Shown here piece after piece: positions 56,111-64,000 of a stretch of 64,000 bases of DNA (position 1 is its first letter; each line of letters opens with the position of its first letter). A program made the translations under genes and the position numbers. Origin of the DNA: Octopus vulgaris (taxonomy: Eukaryota); assembly GCA_951406725.2 (NCBI GenBank), contig OX597823.1:86180001-86244000 (forward strand). The letters are read 5' to 3'. The notes under the pieces were generated by a model. That model had not been told where the DNA came from, did not search any database, and was given only the letters and a program-made list of their open reading frames with translations.

Positions 56111-56353
56111 CTGGCTGGCTGACTGGCTGGTTGGCTACCCGGGTGTCCATTTATGTATCTATCTTTCTCTGTGTGTTTGTGTGTGTATACATGCATTCGT
56201 GTGTATGTGTGTGCGAACGCACACACATTAGTGAGCAAATTATTTCATTTCCTGGCGCAATTTATACATTTGCGAGAGAGAGAGAGAAGGAAAAGGAGAG
56301 AGCGAAAGAGAGAGAGAGAGAGTGAGAAGTAGAGAGGCTAATGAACTGTGTAG

Positions 56354-56418
<65 letters not shown>

Positions 56419-57274
56419 GGATGGATGGATGGATGGATGGATGGATGGATGGATGGATGGATTGATGCATGGATGGATAGATGGGTGAATAAAGGGAGCG
56501 AGAGCGAGGGAGAAAGAAAGTGAGAGAGAGAGAGAGAGAAATATGTGATAGACCAAAATATTGAGAGAGAACCAAGTGGGGTGATACATTCGAGAACATT
56601 CTCGTAATCTTCCATATTTTTCTATTTAATTTTTCTCTAAGTAGGCATGTAGCCTGTTGAAAGATATAATTCGTTGCATGTTTTGAAGCAAATATGAAAG
56701 CCACGAAAATTTAAAGAGCCTGAAACGGTTAATTTTTTTTAATTCTTTTTTTTTTTTAAGACTAGAGTCCCTTTGTTGAGAAATAGCTAACAGATCGGTT
56801 ATGTGTTATCCATTGTCGTATCATATAATACCATATCATAAAATATGTTATCAATCCATTGGTGTATATCATCATAAAACATTATATATTTATAATAAGA
56901 TGGCATGAAACATGATTGAATCACGCCCCGTAAAATGATTTAAATAACTTTTTTAAAAATAAGAAACAGGAAAAATTCTGAAGCTGAAGTTAAAAGTCTA
57001 ATATCTAAGTACTTGGGGTTTCAATTTAATTTTTTTCATTTTTTTCGTTTTTTCATTATCTCCTCAAAGATGATAATAACGGAGCCATTTAAAAAAATGT
57101 TTTCATTGTTGCTGTTGTTGTTATTGTTGTTATTGTGGTGGTGGTGGTGGTGATGATGGTGTTGCTGTTGGTGCTATACATTACCAAAATAAATGCAGTG
57201 TTGTAAACAGTCAACATGGAGAGATATAAGAAAAGCTAAAACAAAAATGTAGAAAACAAACAACTAACAAGACA

Positions 57275-57518
57275 GCGATGATGATGATGATTGTAGTGGT
57301 GACGTTGACGGCAGTGGGGTTGGCGGCGTTGGTGAAGTTGGTGATGACGAGGACGACAACGACGATGACGATGATGATGATGATGAAGATGATGATGATG
57401 GTGGTGGTGGTGGTGGTGGTGATCGAAATTCTTGTGGTGTTGGCAGTGGCGGCGATAATGATGATGACGATGATGATGATGACGATGATGATGATGATGT
57501 TGATGATGATGATGATGT

Positions 57519-57589
<71 letters not shown>

Positions 57590-57720
57590 TTGATGATGAT
57601 GATGATGATAACGATGATGATGATGATGACGTTGATGGTGATGATGATGGTGGAGATGATGGTGATGATGATGATGATGATGATAAGGATGATGATGATG
57701 GTGGTGGTGGTGATGATGAT
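57275..57720. repeat. (GAT)n/(GGT)n microsatellite
   Basis: Direct inspection. Confidence 0.95.
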
Positions 57721-58043
57721 AAAATACGATATCGTGCAGTAATTTCAGATGGCAAACAATTTTATGTTGAATAGTATTGGACAGCTATCACGCACTGTAT
57801 ACTAGCTAATTGACTTAACATAAAGGACCTATTTATAAAAAAAATATGCATATACACAAATACACTCAGGCATGCTCACATACACACTATCCACACATAT
57901 ACATAAATATATACATACATACGCACTTACATAGAGACATGTATGTGGAGTTAAATGCATTTGAACTTGGATATGTTTACGAATCTTCACGTACCCCCAC
58001 ACACACCCGCACGAGCACACATATATGCACGTACTGATGTAAA

Positions 58044-58081
<38 letters not shown>

Positions 58082-58132
58082 CACACATGTATATTTCTCT
58101 AGTTATATCCATATATATATATTTATATATAC

Positions 58133-58239
<107 letters not shown>

Positions 58240-58410
58240 CATACATATATATATATGCATATATGAATATATATATATATATATATATATCAATATACAT
58301 ATTTATATATATGTATATATATAAATATACATATTTATATATACACGTATATAAATATATGTATATTAATATATATACATCTATATAGAGAGAGAATACA
58401 CACGCGCACA

Positions 58411-58460
<50 letters not shown>

Positions 58461-58784
58461 TATATATATATATGCATATACATATATGTATACATCATAC
58501 ATCACAATCGGAGTGAGATTGAGAGAATGAAATTAGTTAAGAACGGGAGAAAAACAAAGTAAAAAAAGGAAGAAAAAGAGAAACTATCAATGAATACATG
58601 GAAGATTGCATGTTTTAGATTAGTGGAGCAGTCCTTAGCAAACTCGCATTTATGCACCCGGTAGTGAATAATCACCATTAGTTATTTACTGTAAAAACCG
58701 CAAAGTTTTAAAAACATTACTAGTAACTTAAAAGGTAAACATATATATATATATATATCTTTATATATATCTTTATATATATAT

Positions 58785-58965
58785 TTGTTTGTGTGTCGGT
58801 GTTTTTTGTCTCGGCAACATCACTTGACAACAGATTCGGCAAAAGAGACCGATAGAATAAGTACTAGGTTTACAAAGAATTGGTCGTGGGGTCGATTTAC
58901 TCGACTAGATGTGGTGCTTCATTATGGCCGGTGTCAAGTGACTGAAACAAATAAAAGAATGAAAT
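58785..58965 (+). mobile_element. SINE family A, 3' half
   Basis: ttcggcaaaagagaccgatagaataagtactagg. Confidence 0.75.
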
Positions 58966-58998
58966 GTACATACATACATACATACATGCATACATACA

Positions 58999-59051
<53 letters not shown>

Positions 59052-59171
59052 TCTACAAAAAGTATTGAGTAATTCTTAAGTTTAATATTAAATTGCTTTT
59101 TTCATAACTCATGAAAACAAGTATTGTGTGTGTAAGTATTTGTGTGCGTGAGTGTTGGTTGGTGTGTATGT

Positions 59172-59216
<45 letters not shown>

Positions 59217-59529
59217 TGTGTGTGTGTGTGATCCTTGACCCTTTAGAAGGCTTGCAATGCCATGAACTACTATAAGTAATCTTGCAAGTGGATTGATGTA
59301 ACGAGAGCCAACCCTAATTCTGTGAAGATCATCGTTGATATATGCTAAAGAAGGCCCCAGAGGGACTGACTGAAACCTCACATTATCGTATCTGCACTTA
59401 GAATCTACAGGCAATTCACTAATAGGAGAAGCCCAACTCATCCAATTGAGACGGTACAGCATCAACGTTCCTGATGTGACAGAGACGCATTGAATGGGAG
59501 CTAGTCACTTCAGTATCGAAGAGAGCGTA

Positions 59530-60270
59530 CTAGCTGTCTGGTACTCCACTGGTTATGACGATGCGGGTTCTAATTGATCAAATCAAAGGAACAGCCGGCT
59601 CGTATAATTAACATGCAAGTGGCTGTCTACTCCAGAAACATGCGTACCCATAACGGAGTTCTTAGGGAGATCCAGCGGGGCACAAAATGTGACAAGGCTG
59701 GTACGACTCTTTTTGTCAGCTATGTTGACTATAGCAACGAGAAATAAAGAGTTTTAAGGCGGCGAGCTGGCAGAAACTTTAGCACGCCGGGCGAAATGCT
59801 TAGCGGTATTTAGTATGCCGCTACGTTCTGAGTTCAAATTCCGTCGAGGTCGACTTTGCCTTTCATCCTTTCAGGGTCGATTAAATAAGTACCAGTTACG
59901 CACTGGGGTCGATATAATCGACTTAATCCGTTTGTTTATCCTTGTTTGACCTCTCTGTGTTTAGCCCCTTGTGGGTAGTAAAGAAATAGGTATTTCATTT
60001 GCAGTTACGTTCTGAGTTCAAATTCCGCTGAGGTCGACTTGCCTTTTATCCTTTCGGGGTCGATATATTAAGTACCAGTTACGCACTGTTGGCGATGTAA
60101 TCAACTTAATCCCTTTGTCTGTTCTTGTTTGTCCCTTGTGGGACAATATAGTCCCTTGTGGGCAATAAAGAAATGAGAAATAAAGAATTTTGCCCAAGGA
60201 TATAATGCACCACCCAGTATCGAACTGACGATCTTACGATCGTCGGTTGACTACCCTAATCAATAAGTAA
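59530..60270 (-). mobile_element. SINE family C interrupted by a family B dimer
   Basis: Body at 59530-59755 and tRNA-like head at 60185-60270. Confidence 0.6.
59756..60174 (+). mobile_element. SINE family B head-to-tail dimer with 17-bp TSD
   Basis: gagaaataaaga(g/a)tttt at 59739-59755 and 60175-60191. Confidence 0.85.
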
Positions 60271-60299
60271 AGTTGTCTAATCTTGAAGGAACAAGAGAG

Positions 60300-61080
60300 C
60301 CGGCGTGGGAGCAATCATCACTAGGAATGCCTCAAAAATCTTGTACTTCTATACGGCATCTAGGATCTATATGCGTTTGGGAGTCTCGCCTTTAAATCGT
60401 TCTTTGATCCATGTCTCAACGCCTACGACAGACTTAAGCGAGAAAGGAACAATTATTTTCGATTGCATTTTTCATGTCGCTCACAAAGGTTACGTAAGAC
60501 AGGACATTACATTGGTTTCTAGATAATTTCAACCCTTGCTTTAAGAGAATTCCTTAATGTCTGCAGGCATTACTGTCCGATAACTCGGAACAATGCCGCA
60601 GAACGATTTCTCGACTTCAGTCGCAACAACGAATTCTATGTCACAAAACTATGTTTCAACAATTAAAGCTGAGTCGGTAAAATTGTATTTCTCCTGGTGA
60701 GAGGTATACAAATCAGAATGAATACGATTTTATAAGGAGTTGCTGGTTGAAACGTGTCAGAAACTCAAAGCCATATTCCGGACTTAACTGCGGCTGAAAC
60801 TATAATAGAATGGCAGCCAAAATCTTTACCTTCCCAGAGCTCAGGGAGGTTGAGCCTTGATCCAGCTTGAACTTACGTACAAAAACAACAGAAACGGACT
60901 GTCCAAATACCTTGAAACTACCAAAGATTCGATGCTAAAACTTGTTGAAAAGCACGAAAGACCGAAAAAACTTCACTCTATTCTGAAATAGAGCAAAACA
61001 TTCGCTACTGATCTCTTAGGTACCGACCAGCTTGATCAGGTTGAAGGAAATGTGCCAACTGCTGCTTCAAAGAATATAAA
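60300..61080 (+). mobile_element. Decayed RTE-like LINE AP-endonuclease fragment
   Basis: SLIHVSTPTTD, RQDITL..DNFN, RNNAAERFLDF and SPGERYTNQ across frames. Confidence 0.65.
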
Positions 61081-61175
61081 ATTAATTGCAAAGATTATAT
61101 ATATACACACACACACTCTCGCACACACAAACTCACACACACACGCACACACACACACATATATATATATATACG

Positions 61176-61514
<339 letters not shown>

Positions 61515-62394
61515 AAGATCTGTACATGCATATATACGTACATACATGCAAATACATACATACATACATACATACATACATACATACATACATACATACA
61601 TACATACTTACAAACATACATACGTGTGTTCACACAAGCACACACATAAGCACGAGCATAGACACAATTTTAATGAAAGATACTCGTGCTGAAAGGGAGA
61701 AAGAAGCATTCAAATAAATAAAGAACGAAACAAACAAACAGCTAAACTAACAAAGGGAAAAGGAAAGAAGGAAAGAAAGAATAAAATGAATTCGAGTACA
61801 TCGAAGTATAGCGAACGGTCTTTGAAAGTATAAGACGATAACGGCCATAGAGTCGTTGTGAATATGAAATTTTCAAGTCAGAGCTGCAGAAGACAGAAGT
61901 GACATAACGATTTTAAAATGTGTTGTTTTTTGCTTTTACATAATTATTTTTGTTTATCGCCTAGATTTTTTTTTAATTTTTAGTTATTATTATGAAATTT
62001 TAGAATTGTTGCCGTTGTTGTTGTTGTTGTTGTTGTAGTGATTTCAAGATGGTTTTCGTTTTTATTGAGTATTCTCTAATATTTTAAATTTTCCTTTTTT
62101 TTCAGATGTTTAATGAGCAAATCTATTGCGCTTTAACACCAAGAGAATCATTATTCGCAAATACTAAAAATTTAATAGAGGTGTATGTATTAAGTGGCAA
62201 ACAACATTGATAGCAAAAAGTATCATGTATGCAGAAACGTATGTAGCTTATATATATATATATATATATACGTCGTATATGTATATGTATATATGCGTGT
62301 GTCTGTGTGTGTATACAAATGCATAAACATACGTATACATAAGTATGTTTATGTGTTCATGTACACTCACATAAACATATATATAAGTGTGCGC

Positions 62395-62439
<45 letters not shown>

Positions 62440-62614
62440 GGTTTGTGTGTGTGTGTGTGTTTGTGTAGATATATATAAACATATAAACATATGTGTATAT
62501 ACAGGCACGCATATATATGTGCGTGTGTAAGTATATATGCATATATACTCTCGCTCCTTCTCGCAAGTGTACACACACACAGACGTATATATGTATATAG
62601 ACATAAGTAGATAG

Positions 62615-62654
<40 letters not shown>

Positions 62655-62941
62655 GGGTACGGAGTGATATGGATATGTATATATAAGAAAAATATGTGTG
62701 TGCACAGGTGCGTGAGCGAACATATGCGTATATACATGTTATACATATATGAAAGTATAATTATGTATACATATATATATATACACACACACAAACACAT
62801 ACATGTATGTAGAAATACACATATATGAGAACTTGTGTATATACTTAAAAGACCATATTAAGATGTGTACACTCATGCGCATTTGTATGCCTTACACATT
62901 TATATCTGACTGCCTATCTATCTAACTATCTATCAAACCAT

Positions 62942-63001
<60 letters not shown>

Positions 63002-63026
63002 ATATTTATGTATGTATGTATGTATG

Positions 63027-63131
<105 letters not shown>

Positions 63132-63453
63132 GTCTGTCTACGTATCTCTGTATTTACCTATCAATATACCTTCTTACCTATTTATCTATCCATCTACCTA
63201 CCTACCGACTTATTTTACTATCTGTCTATCAATCTATCTACCTACCAATCTACTTTTTTACCTATCTATCTATCTATATCTATATATATTTATAGAGTGT
63301 GTGCGTATGTGTTTTTTGGGAAAAGTTTTTTTACGTGCACCAATGTCGTGTTGGTTTTGAATCCGGAGAAAAATGAAACATTCTATGTAGCATATAAACG
63401 ATGACACGTAATGCACGCTTACACATTCATGCACATGAACACAGTTATATATC

Positions 63454-63507
<54 letters not shown>

Positions 63508-64000
63508 TACAAACATATACTTATTACATATGCATGGTATATCTATATATATATATATGAATGTGTGTATATACACATATATGCATAGATATATACATGT
63601 ATGTATATGCATGTATATATATATATATATTTATACATATACATACATGTATATAAGAATATATATATATACATATACATACGTATATATATATATATTT
63701 ATAAATTTATATATATATACACACGCACGCTCATACACACACACACATACACACACACACATATATATATATATATACACTTAGAGAAATTTAATGAATG
63801 TGTATATGCAATTGCTTCAATGTCGGTGAGTGTCTGGTTAAAGAGGGTGTAGATATTTTAAGCTGAAGTGGAGAAGCAATGATTGTGAATATTGTTGGAA
63901 AAAGAGAGACAGAGATAGATAGAGACAGGGTGAGGAACAAACAACTGTTGTTAAGTAGAAGTAGAGTGATGCGAATGAGGGGTGAGGGAGAAGAGGAAAT

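Noticed and set aside
59290-59480. Possible RT remnant on the minus strand (SVPLGPSLAYINDDL)
   Set aside because: Too short and degraded to call with confidence
62105-62180. Possible small exon after a polypyrimidine tract and AG
   Set aside because: Weak donor site, no recognisable peptide and no neighbouring exons

Overview
AT-rich, microsatellite-saturated eukaryotic non-coding DNA. The SINE families look like those of octopus; this taxonomic call is an inference from memory, not a search result. I found no host protein-coding gene, rRNA, true tRNA or CRISPR array, and nearly all listed ORFs are microsatellite translations. The window holds: three tRNA-derived SINE families (more than 20 copies); decayed LINE fragments (CR1/L2-like, RTE, L1/Tx1-like); a Penelope GIY-YIG fragment; pogo and mariner remnants; a full-length decayed hAT/Buster element with TIRs and TSD; two MITEs; and a non-autonomous Helitron. 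The notable signal is a dense set of hammerhead ribozyme (HHR) motifs in short non-coding elements inserted into (TA)n tracts. These include retrozyme-like partial tandems (504, about 440 and about 355 nt units), fold-back palindromes, mini-HHR elements, and a tRNA-headed HHR element. One family (2377-2440 minus, 14897-14958 plus) has all HHR core elements in a permuted, pseudoknotted order that is not type I, II or III, supported by compensatory base changes between the two copies. All structures were read by eye, and no activity has been shown.
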